From: Octopus sinensis
Taxonomy: Eukaryota
DNA: 64,000 bases
Reading direction: 5' to 3'
Assembly (NCBI RefSeq): GCF_006345805.1
Contig: NC_043001.1
Location: 60,822,001-60,886,000, forward strand
Part shown: positions 40,900-52,524 of the stretch, piece after piece
How the letters are laid out: the number at the start of each line of letters is the position of its first letter
How positions within the stretch are numbered: position 1 is the first letter of the stretch
Made by a program: the position numbers and the translations under genes
The notes under the pieces: generated by a model
Database searches by the model: none
What the model was told of the DNA's origin: nothing
Seen by the model: the letters and a program-made list of their open reading frames with translations, nothing else

Positions 40900-41160
40900 C
40901 CCCACCCACCCCAGTTGTAGTTGTAGAATTAGATCAAGGTGTCCGGTATCTGCTATTTTTACTTCGGATGTTCGATAGATCTGAAAAAAACGCTTGAACA
41001 ATCTCATCTCTAGTTTTAGACTTAAACATAAGGTTGGTTGCATAACGCTGTATAGTAAAATTTGGGAATTGAAAGGAAAAACTATCGAGTTTAACCTAAA
41101 ATGTGATATAATAAGAAAGGCATAGCCTTATAAAAATAGTAGATTTTTGTTACAGTTAAT
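40900..41160 (+). mobile_element. Penelope-like GIY-YIG remnant
   Basis: CSCRIRSRCP, LKKRLNNLISSFRLKHK and SKIWELKGKTIEFNLK. Confidence 0.65.
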
Positions 41161-41697
41161 AAATATTATGTCTAGAGGATATATATTTAAAATCACAAGC
41201 AGTATTATGGCTGTTAATTGGTTAAGGGCATTAGAAATCTCTATTCTCCCTATCCCACTAGCTTCAGCCTACTAACTTTAGCTAAAATACATTCAAATGT
41301 GCCAAAGTTAAATTCCTCTTGAACTACCTCTTCCTCTATCTATAAATAGAAAAATTCTTGTTTGTCTCCATTGAACTTAATAGAAAACCCTCCCCATTGG
41401 TAAATCTAAATAACAAAGTAAACTCAGTAATAAAAAAAATCTGCCCATCAGGAAAGATTTACTACCATGTACTTACTGGTGAAATTCACCTCTCTGTCTG
41501 TATATCTACCCTCTTTGTAATGTTGGCAAATGGAATAAGCATAAAAATGAACATTGTCAATTTAATTAAAATATTCCATATGTGACTGAAGAGTGCTCTA
41601 CATTTAAAACTGATGTAATAGTTCCATTGTTTAATTAAATGAAGCAGCATGAAACGATTTTACTACACTACTTTGGATATCCTTGTTCCTTATTTTG

Positions 41698-41843
<146 letters not shown>

Positions 41844-42502
41844 TTAATCAATATAGGGTGGCAAAAAAATTTTGTAGAATTTTTTTGCCACCAGCGGCCT
41901 AGTGGGAAAAAATTAAATAGTCATAGACCATTTTTAAGTTCAACATCAACAATCAAGGAACGGCCATAATAGGCCATTCACCCACTAGAAATAACAGCCA
42001 AAGCTTCAACCGCAGATAAAAATTAATTCCGTAAACCAGGAGAAAATTTAAAAAACATTTACCCTGTAATTTCTTATACGATTAAACAGCAGATGAAACG
42101 GTGCATCGTATAAGAAATTACAGGGTAAATGTTTTTTAAATTTTCTCCTGGTTTACGGAATTAATTTTTATTTGCGGTTGAAGCTTTGGCTGTTATTTCT
42201 AGTGGGTGAATGGCCTATTATGGCCGTTCCTTGATTGTTGATGTTGAACTTAAAAATGGTCTATGACTATTTAATTTTTTCCCACTAGGCCGCTGGTGGC
42301 AAAAAAATTCTACAAAATTTTTTTTGCCACCCTATATTGATTAATTATGAATTTTCTGGTTAATTCCGTAATGGAATCGACGGCTTATATTTATTTGCTG
42401 CCGATAAATTTGGCGCGAGTGCGACGATTTGAAAATTTTAGGTCAGATATTACCTTGGCAGGGTCGGAAATGCCTCGTGAAAATATCTGTCCGACTTGGG
42501 CT

Positions 42503-42609
42503 ATTTCTTACTGAAGAATCTGAGGGCCTATGGAAGATTGGCTTGATTTAATTTAATCAGGTTAGTTTACCATTAAACAGCAGATGAAACGGTGCATAGT
42601 ATAAGAAAT
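42503..42609 (+). ncRNA. Type I hammerhead ribozyme 1
   Basis: Stem I atttctta/taagaaat, CTGAAGA at 42511-17, stem II atctg/cagat, GAAAC, stem III acggtgcatagt and GTA cleavage after 42601. Confidence 0.85.
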
Positions 42610-42994
42610 TACAGGGTAAACGTTTTTTAAATTTTCTCCTGGTTTACGGAATTAATTTTTATTTGCGGTTGAAGCTTTGGCTGTTATTTCTAGTGGGTGA
42701 ATGGCCTATTATGGCCGTTCCTTGATTGTTGATGTTGAACTTAAAAATGGTCTATGACTATTTAATTTTTTCCCACTAGGCCGCTGGTGGCAAAAAAATT
42801 CTACAAAATTTTTTTTTGCCACCCTATATTGATTAATTATGAATTTTCTGGTTAATTCCGTAATGAATCGACGGCTTATATTTATTTGCTGCCGATAAAT
42901 TTGGCGCGAGTGCGACGATTTGAAAATTTTAGGTCAGATATTACCTTGGCAGGGTCGGAAATGCCTCGTGAAAATATCTGTTCCGACTTGGGCT

Positions 42995-43101
42995 ATTTCT
43001 TACTGAAGAATCTGAGGGCCTATGGAAGATTGGCTTGATTTAATTTAATCAGGTTAGTTTACCATTAAACAGCAGATGAAACGGTGCATAGTATAAGAAA
43101 T
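42995..43101 (+). ncRNA. Type I hammerhead ribozyme 2
   Basis: Same motif, with CTGAAGA at 43003-09 and cleavage after 43093. Confidence 0.85.
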
Positions 43102-43486
43102 TACAGGGTAAATGTTTTTTAAATTTTCTCCTGGTTTACGGAATTAATTTTTATTTGCGGTTGAAGCTTTGGCTGTTATTTCTAGTGGGTGAATGGCCTA
43201 TTATGGCCGTTCCTTGATTGTTGATGTTGAACTTAAAAATGGTCTATGACTATTTAATTTTTTCCCACTAGGCCGCTGGTGGCAAAAAAATTCTACAAAA
43301 TTTTTTTTGCCACCCTATATTGATTAATTATGAATTTTCTGGTTAATTCCGTAATGGAATCGACGGCTTATATTTATTTGCTGCCGATAAATTTGGCGCG
43401 AGTGCGACGATTTGAAAATTTTAGGTCAGATATTACCTTGGCAGGGTCGGAAATGCCTCGTGAAAATATCTGTTCCGACTTGGGCT

Positions 43487-43592
43487 ATTTCTTACTGAAG
43501 AATCTGAGGGCCTATGGAAGATTGGCTTGATTTAATTTAATCAGGTTAGTTTACCATTAACAGCAGATGAAACGGTGCATAGTATAAGAAAT
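43487..43592 (+). ncRNA. Type I hammerhead ribozyme 3
   Basis: Same motif, with CTGAAGA at 43495-501 and cleavage after 43584. Confidence 0.85.
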
Positions 43593-43979
43593 TACAGGGT
43601 AAATGTTTTTTAATTTTCTCCTGGTTTACGGAATTAATTTTTATTTGCGGTTGAAGCTTGGCTGTTATTTCTTTCTAGTGGGTGAATGGCCTATTATGGC
43701 CGTTCCTTGATTGTTGATGTTGAACTTAAAAATGGTCTATGACTATTTAATTTTTTCCCACTAGGCCGCTGGTGGCAAAAAAATTCTACAAAATTTTTTT
43801 TGCCACCCTATATTGATTAATTATGAATTTTCTGGTTAATTCCGTAATGGAATCGACGGCTTATATTATTTTTGCTGCCGATAAATTGGCGCGAGTGCGA
43901 CGATTTGAAAATTTTAGGTCAGATATTACCTTGGCAGGGTCGGAAATGCCTCGTGAAAATATCTGTTCCGACTTGGGCT

Positions 43980-44086
43980 ATTTCTTACTGAAGAATCTGA
44001 GGGCCTATGGAAGATTGGCTTGATTTAATTTAATCAGGTTAGTTTACCATTAAACAGCAGATGAAACGGTGCATCGTATAAGAAAT
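43980..44086 (+). ncRNA. Type I hammerhead ribozyme 4 (best stem III)
   Basis: Same motif, with CTGAAGA at 43988-94, a near-palindromic stem III acggtgcatcgt and cleavage after 44078. Confidence 0.9.
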
Positions 44087-44206
44087 TACAGGGTAAATGT
44101 TTTTTAAATTTTCTCCTGGTTTACGGAATTAATTTTTATTTGCGGTTGAAGCTTTGGCTGTTATTTCTAGTGGGTGAATGGCCTATTTTGGCCGTTCCTT
44201 GATTGT

Positions 44207-44240
<34 letters not shown>

Positions 44241-44242
44241 GA

Positions 44243-44633
44243 GCAGGTGCGGCTGTGTGGTATGTAGCTTATTAATCAACCACATGGTTCTGGGTTCAGT
44301 CCCACTGCCGTGGCTCTTTGGGCAAGTATCTTCTACTATAGTCTTGAGCCGACCAAATACTTGTGACTGGATTTGGTAGACAGAAGCAGAAAGAAGCCCG
44401 TCGTATATATATATACATATATATGTGTGTGTTTGTGAGTCTGTGTTTGTCCCCCAGCATCGCTTGACAACCGATGCTGATGTATTTATGTCCCCATAAA
44501 CTACAGGTTCGGCAAAATAGACCGATAGAATAAGTACTAGGCTTACAAAGAATAAGACCTGGGATCGATTTGCTCGACTAAAGGAGGTGCTCCAGCATGG
44601 CCGCAGTCAAATGACTGAAACAAGTAAAAAACA
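44243..44633 (+). mobile_element. tRNA-derived SINE, family A, full length
   Basis: caggtgcggctgtgtggta (A box), ggttcagtccc (B-box-like), ccgaccaaa and gaggtgctccagcatggccgcagtcaaatgactgaaacaagtaaa. Confidence 0.9.
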
Positions 44634-44667
<34 letters not shown>

Positions 44668-44757
44668 CCCCCCCCCCCAAAAAAAACGAAGAAAAACAGA
44701 AAACAACGAGGACGTGGTACATGTAAAGTATTAGCAGGTATATATGTAAACGATAGG

Positions 44758-44910
44758 CTTCTTTCTGTTTCCTTTTACCAAATGAACTCACAAGGATTTG
44801 GTTGGCTCGAAGCTATAGTAGAAGACACTAGCCAACGGTTCCACGCAGTGTGGCTGAGGCCGGTACCATATAGTTGGGGATAAACGTCTTACCATATAGC
44901 AACGCCTGTG
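44758..44910 (-). mobile_element. SINE family A, 5' part, minus strand
   Basis: The reverse complement contains gtgtcttctactatagcttcgagccaaccaaatccttgtgagt. Confidence 0.7.
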
Positions 44911-45551
44911 ACTACTTATGTGTATGAATATCTATGTAGATACGTAACATTGTGAGTGAACAATGTAGGTGTCATTCCTGCTAAGAGTATGGTAATTTTA
45001 CTGAATCCTACGTAACTTGCTGAAAAGGCATTAATAGTCCAAATGCATTAATAGTTTTCAATTACGTTAAATTTGTTGAATATACTTAAGTTAAGTTCTT
45101 TAGGTTTTCATTTCCTACAAGTGTGGCAATATCAATAATTAGAGAACTTGTAAATATAAACATATCTTTTTTCCTTGTTTATTTATTTTCAAGATTTATT
45201 AAACATTTTTGTCTGCACGTGAGAGTAGACGAGCTGATATTTTCTTTGATATAAGTAAGGAAGAATACGATTTTTTTATGTTCGGATTATTATTGGATTT
45301 AACGAAAGGTTTTTAATTCAGAACTTAAAAAGCAGGAAATAATATACATCAGTTTCATATGCTCCAATTTTCATCTAATTCACCCTGATAAACAACAATA
45401 TATTCATAGTAAATTCAAGTTAAATAATTGTAATAACACGTATCGAAATTCTCTTTAAATCTAGTTACCCGGACGGAGACGGATTGTTCAAAGATAATAC
45501 ATGAACTAGTATATCTAACAAATAATATACTGCCGTGTGTGGGGAAGTGTA

Positions 45552-45585
<34 letters not shown>

Positions 45586-45677
45586 CATACATACATAAAT
45601 ACGTATGTATACTATATATTTTGTCTCGAGCTCGACCCAAGCACTTCTTAAGCAGTTCTATATATTTCGTACAAAAG

Positions 45678-45738
<61 letters not shown>

Positions 45739-45800
45739 TCTTATATATGTGAGTGAATGTATACACGCTCGCACACACATTTAAATATAAATATAAATAT

Positions 45801-45874
<74 letters not shown>

Positions 45875-46288
45875 TATATACTTACATATACATATACAAA
45901 TACATGTATTTGTATAAATAATATATATAGTATATGTGCGTTAGCCGGTATAAATTATTATTATTTTTTAATATGTCCTCTTTTCATTGCTTCAATTATC
46001 GTTATTTGAATGAAATTGAGTTATCTGAATTATGAGAACAACGATTAATTCATCGTTTATGAAATTTCTGATAGATGGGATCGCGTCTCATTTAAATGAT
46101 GACTCTGCTTATTATTTGTAAATTCCGGTAAAGTCAATATTTTGTTTAGGCTGCTACAGACGTATAATTCCTAATTGAATGCACTTCTACAGTAAGCTTT
46201 ATAATTTGAAATCGGTGAGCTTTCTATTAGCTCTAATTACACGTGATACATTTCAGCTAATTACTGATGACTTACTGTTGCTATAGTA

Positions 46289-47542
46289 TTAGGTCGTGAA
46301 GTATGAAACTTAGTAAGGTATAAGGTAAATTTTGACAGCTTCTCATTTTGCGCTATTATTATATTTAGACAAGCTTTATTATTTGTTCGAAAGCTGACAC
46401 ATATATTTCATTATTCTAACTCACTTTGCGCTTTATAAAGTATTTATAAATCATTTTTTGCTATATTGTTTAGAGATGGTTAAGTCGGAAATTCGTACAG
46501 TTTTTAAATATGAGTTATTCCTTAGAAATAGAGCATCACGGGCAGCTGGGAATAATAATGTATATTTCATTCTAATGTTATTACACAGCAGACAGTATCA
46601 AATTGGTTTGCAAAATTCCTGATAACTTTGACTTCACAAATGAGCAACGCGGTCGGCCAGAAACAAAGGTTAATAATGACGAGCTGAAAGCCATCATCGA
46701 GTCTAAAAGTGCCCGTGAATTATCGTTGTTGTTTGGTGTTAGCAAGCAAATAATATTGACTCACCTAGTTCAAATCGGTAAAGTGAAAAAGTTGGATAAG
46801 TGGGTTCCACATGAACTCAATGAAAATCAGAAACTGGAACGTTTGCAAGCCTGCATTATGCTACTTTCTCATCACAAAAAGTATCATTATTGAATCGAAC
46901 TGTAACATGTAATGAGAAATAGATCTAATACAACTGTAAACGTTCAGCACAATGGCAGGACAAAGCTGAGCCACCAAAACACAGTCCAAAAAGTAAAATT
47001 CTTCAAAAAAAGATGATGGTGTGTGTTTGTTGGTGTGGCGTATGTATGATCCATTATGATTTCATTGAACCTGCTTCATCAATCATGGCCGAAGTATACT
47101 GAAGTCAACTGGATCAAATGATGCAGAAACTTACAAAAAGAAAACAGCATAGGTTAGTTAATAGATCCACTCCGATTTTATTGCAAGACAACGCCAGACA
47201 ACATGTTGTAAAATTGACATTGGTGAAACCACAGGAGTTGAAGTTGGAAGTTCTCCATCATCCACCATACTCACCTGATCTTGCCCCCACTGACTACCAA
47301 TTCTTCCAGAATTTGGATAACTTTTTGACAGGAAAAGAATTTAATTCCGATGGTGCTGTAACAGATTTTATTGACTCTAGATTGCCAGGCTTCTACAGTT
47401 CCGGGATGGAGAAGTTACCGCTGAAATAACAAAAGTATGTTGACAATATGTGTGCATACTTTGATGAATAAAACTATTCCTAGTATTTATAAAACATAAG
47501 AATTTTTTTTCTTTTCTACAAATTTCATACTTAACGATCTAA
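46289..47542 (+). mobile_element. Full-length (~1.25 kb) mariner with TIRs and a pseudogenized transposase (ATG 46476, stop ~47471)
   Basis: TIRs ttaggtcgtgaagtatgaaact and aatttcatacttaacgatctaa, with TA at the left. Protein motifs are KVKKLDKWVPHELNENQK, ILLQDNAR and HPPYSPDLAPTDYQFF (D,D34D type). Contains frameshifts and stops. Confidence 0.93.
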
Positions 47543-49409
47543 AAGAACTCTTCTTGATAGATTACACTAGCAGTTGGAATTCTTTTGCTACAGAAATTTT
47601 GACATTCGTTGTCTATAAATACCTCAACGGTACCTTCAAAGTTTATTACAAGAAATAATGCCCTATTTTTGTATTTTGTAAGATTTAAGTCGCATTTCGT
47701 CGCTTCACGCTACTTGAACCAATATACTTTCTCCGGTTTTGTTTCTACATGTTTTACTGTCAATATAAAACATTAGCGAAGGAGGATTTTGAAATTGACT
47801 ATGCTCCACCTATAATATATAACTATTTCTCTTGTATAGATAATTATTTGTTACTTTTTATTTTTTACAATATCATATAAATATTTATTTATGTTAATGA
47901 TTCATTTAAGAAACATACAAAAAAGCCAGAACAAAGCAGACATCATAGTATGATTTTCATTTGTTCATCAATCTCATCTAACAAATACGAAACTCTTTTG
48001 TTTATATTGTATACTTGTCAAGAAAACATTCTCCCGCGTTACGCATTAGTGGAAGATTCACCAAATTAATATGCAAAATGAAACAAGCAGTATTGAAAAC
48101 TATTACTTATTAATAGAATAAAAGAAACACATGTTATAGTTATATAGTTACCATAGATTGAGTTCAGGGATAGAGATATTTGCAGTGGACTGAGATTCTT
48201 GATCACTGAACCATGCTTGCAGTTTTTAGAACAATATTTAATATTAGTTAGCAAATTTGCCTTCTCACTTCTGTTTCATATAAAATGCATAATTTTCACG
48301 TTACACCTTCAGTAGGCTTTCTTGTTATATTTGTACTACTATAAGATTTGTTCGATAACAGTGTTGTTTATATTAAGATGACATTTCTTAAAGTCAGTAA
48401 TTCACTTGAACAACCCAAAATATTAATATTAAAATCGCTTGCAGTTCTTAAAATTTATGATAGAAATTTTGTGTCAGTTAATCACAAGCAGATATATGCC
48501 TCTTTAGAAACTTGTTGGGGAAAAAGGAACGGTTGATATATATTTACTGGCAATAAATGTTTGTTTTTGAGTATAATATAATGAGAAAGTAAGAATTTAT
48601 TTAAAGTTTGTCAATATATAATTGAATATGTAAAAAAGAAATAAAAGAATATTTTCATTAAAGAACGAAGGTAATGTAATTGAAAATGTATTGGAGTATA
48701 TAAATATCAGAAATAAGAGTAGAAATATAGAACACCAAAATATACAATTGGATAGTTATCAGAAACTAACAAGCAGAAACAAGAAAAATCTTTTAAAAAA
48801 CGTAAGATCTTTCGTTTGATAAGCTACAGCGAAAGCTGAAGCAGAATATATAAACTGATGGGACATGAATGTCAATTATTGGTAGTAGGATATAAATTAC
48901 ATCAATAAAGCAATTGTGTATACAAAAAGAAAAAGCTAACAGTTCTTGAGAAGATACTAAATGAGAAAACAATGACATTTAAAAAACAAAGGAACTCCTC
49001 ACCGTAGGAAGATAGGAATTTTGATATATAAGAGGAAAACTCTTACGGTAACTTGAATGGTTATCTCAAACTGCTAATGGATACGTCCCACATACGAAAA
49101 ACGTCTCTGCAGTAGTATGATAATAATAATAAATTGGTTCTGATGATTGCAGGCGAGATAAAGCAGACCTTTTAACAAATGTGGTACAGCAGTCAACAAT
49201 TTACAGTATATCCTTCCAAGTTTAAAGCTAATAGTGCATACTTCCAAAGACTTGCGGATGTAATTTTTAGCATATTAAGTGGACACAACGAACATGTTTA
49301 GTTTTCTTACTCTTTTTAGTTGTCACATTTATCAGCCTTCTTCAGAGTCTAGGTTCGAAATGTGTCTAATATTCGCAAAAGCAAAAATAAACAAAAGAAC
49401 ATAAGTATA

Positions 49410-49560
49410 CGTAGGAATAGCTGCCTGACAAGAAATTTGTTTCTCAACACTATGGTTTTGGGTTCAATCTTACTGCATGTCACCTTTGACAAGTATCTGA
49501 GCGGATTTAGTAGACCGAAACTGAAAGGGACCAGTCGTATGTATAAATGTGCGTTTCTAC
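49410..49560 (+). mobile_element. SINE family A, decayed 5' part
   Basis: tatggttttgggttcaatcttactgcatgtcacctttgacaagt...gatttagtagaccgaaactgaaag. Confidence 0.6.
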
Positions 49561-50733
49561 GTTCTTTTTTATATTTGATGTGTTCTAATTTTCTGAAACA
49601 GTTTTCTGGCATCTACACAGTTTGTTTTCATGTCAAACAGCAATAGTTTGTTTTTCTGGCGATGTGTTTGATCAACAGTCATTATTCGAATATACCCAAG
49701 TAACTATCTCACGCAAACTTCATATACATCTACTATGATAATACTCTTGTGTTTTTCTTCGTTACAAGATATGATTCAGAAGGGAAGGAGTGAAAGCTGA
49801 ATAAGGAAGGAAGGAGTGATGGCAAACTGGTGGGATGGTGAACAATCAACGCTGAAAAGAAAAATCAAACAGCGTTTCAACCCTGTGAGAATATATGTGT
49901 GAATGTGCTTGTGTACAAGGGAAGTTTGTGAATGTATGTGAATATTGACAAGTGAATTACTTTGATTTACCATCCATATTTATATATAAAATATTACAAT
50001 TAGCCGTCACTTTTGAAGGCAAGGGCCAGTTATTATTATATAATTATCCTAATTTATGTGAATACATTTCAGTGCGATAAATTTCGATGTTTATGTGTGC
50101 ATGTGTCTCAGCGTCTGTCTCTATGCGTATGTGCGTATGTGTGTGTGTGTATATCACTGCGCGTCTGCGAGGGTGTGTCTGCGTGAAAAGAATATCTTTA
50201 GCGTCCAAATTATTATTTATATGATATAGTGTGCGAAAACATCACGAAATCCACATCGTCTAGACGGTAAAATAGAAAGTCGTGATAGCTTCCTTTCTTT
50301 TATTAGTAAAATTTATTAGAAAATATAATGATTGACACATTTACTACGAATTTGCTTGACAATTCTTTACGCGTCAAAAATATTTACTAGCATTTTCACA
50401 CGAGACAGTTTCAAATAAATCAAATTAAAATTTGCAGCGGCGATCATTCTCCTTTCTATCTTTCTCAGTGTGTTGTTTATAGACTATATTGCATTCACAC
50501 GCAGACACATTATATTATCATTCTGCTTGTTTTCGTACCTGGCTCTTTTGTCCGTGTATTACGCTAACAGCAAAGAAGGTACTAACTCGAATGTAGGAAT
50601 ATATATGTATATTGTGAGTGAACGTCAGACAAATAGAGCGAAGAGAGAAAGTGAGAAAGAGAGAGACGGGGAAATCTTTATTATGTTGCACTTGTGTGCT
50701 CAAGTCGCAGGCACTATTGAAATATCTAGATAA

Positions 50734-50770
<37 letters not shown>

Positions 50771-51098
50771 CACGTAGGTAAGCTTATAGCTATATCAATA
50801 TATCAGTAGATGTGCAGATTGAGTGATATATTAATAGATCTATAAATACATATTCTTTGGAACTGAGACGAGATGAAAGAGAAATCAAAATAAGCTCAAA
50901 TATACTGGACTGAACGTCCGTGGTGCTTGGAAAGCGAAACATGCTGCTTTCTTTATAGAGCAGCACGCATTTTTCATGAGCAAGACACTTTATAGCTCGT
51001 GGTCCAACTCTACACACTTGTAGATATACTTCTTTCTCTGTCACTCTCTGACTCCCTCAATCTCTCTCACTCTCTCTTTCAAACTCTGTCTCTCTGTG

Positions 51099-51165
<67 letters not shown>

Positions 51166-51334
51166 GTATGTATGTATATATACACGCACACACACACATA
51201 TGAATAGGTCCATATGTCCAGGTTCAACAAAATGAGTACTCCATCTAATGAGAGTAAATATTCCTTTTTTTTATGACCACCTCAGATGTATAGCCCACAC
51301 TACTAAACGTTTCATGCAGCTGGAACGCATATAT

Positions 51335-51511
51335 AAAACATAGTTTTTAGTATCAAACTATGATGAAGTGAGGTAGAGGCCTGATGATTGGGGTTACATT
51401 TTAAGAAAGGTTCCAGGAAAACACGGCGTGGTTAAGGAACCGGGAAAGGAGCCTCAAAACCACGTGTAGCCGAGATATAAGTAGTAAGTATGAAGCTAAA
51501 TTAAAATTCTT
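51335..51511 (+). repeat. Partial copy of the Penelope pLTR (inverted duplicate of ~52575-52750, 2 mismatches)
   Basis: Direct reverse-complement comparison. Confidence 0.92.
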
Positions 51512-52460
51512 CAGACGGCAATTTTCTTTTATTTATAAATATAGGGCTCAACATAGAGGGGGCATCACAAGGACGGAGAAATTAACATACAGTGCTGTGA
51601 CAGAGCGATGATAATTATAATGAGATCAAATAATGAAATGGAATAAAAATTCCATCAAAATCGAGTAAATAAGTAGAAATTTACTTTCTATCGCGGGTTG
51701 GTTCACTCACCACCCTTATCCGGTGTATCCCTTTTTGTCGTACGATAGCTGCACTTAAACATTTCCATTTACTCATAACTTTCTTACCATGTTCGTCCAT
51801 CATTTATCAAACATACCATGCGACAGGTATCTCTTTTCCAGCCGGATTTTACTTTCGAGATGGTAGTTCAAATAACAAGCCAACCCCTGGCAGGAGATGA
51901 AGGTACCTGGCGTGATCCCTTTTGCACAAGTTCTCCATACTGTCTCTTTCATTATGACCACTAGACAAAAAAAAACGGGTCTTTCTTTCCCTGTTCAAGG
52001 AAAAGGGCGACACAATTTAATGAGAGATTCAACTGATAGCTGCGTTCCTTCTCTCGTTGATAACAACTGCTCGACATAGGCTGTCACTTACCTAATCCCT
52101 GTACAATGCAACAGGTCGGTAGGATGGCACACTCGTGCATTGATAACCTCCCTCGAACAAATAAAGCTGATCGGTAACACAACTAGGTCAGAGATTTCTA
52201 GTAATTATCCAGATAACCCGACCAGAAGGTTCTTTCGAATAGGTTGGTTAAATAATTTCCATCGAAGTCGAGAGTCTCTCGTTAGACGTCGTCTGTCTTA
52301 AACTCTACTAACCCGCTATAGAAGTCCGCAGTGGAACTCCAGCAACTGGTATTGCCCGCCCGAGAGAGTAGCGTTAGTGTTAGTCAACTCTAGCTGCCTG
52401 TCACCCAGGCTAGGTCTCCGGATGACCCAATGACCCAACTCCCGAAGGCAAGTCAGTAGC
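51512..52460 (-). mobile_element. Tx1-clade LINE 3' end
   Basis: Minus frame YVEQLLS..EGTQLSVESLIKL...FFCLVVIMKETVWRT...YHLESKIRLEKRYL is homologous to 2521-3375. The 3' end reads ataaataaaagaaaa. Confidence 0.7.
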
Positions 52461-52524
52461 GGTAAGAAAAACTTCACGGTATATGTATACGAATATATGT
52501 GTGTGTGTGTGTGTGTGTGTATCT

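Larger units (their letters stand above)
41844..44210 (+). mobile_element. Tandem hammerhead-ribozyme array (non-LTR retrozyme-like): 4 full 491-494 nt monomers, partial ends and a 5' inverted arm
   Basis: Near-identical direct repeats with predicted cleavage sites after 42110, 42601, 43093, 43584 and 44078. The inverted partial copy spans 41844-42082. (TA)n lies on both sides. Confidence 0.88.

Noticed and set aside
43330-43530. 66-aa ORF within the retrozyme unit (also 43823-44023)
   Set aside because: The frame is broken or different in other units and it has no recognisable domain. Stops also rule out endless rolling-circle translation.
42105-44210. Interpreting the array as CRISPR or plain satellite DNA
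   Set aside because: There are no unique spacers and the context is eukaryotic. The ribozyme core and nested pairing argue against a plain satellite.
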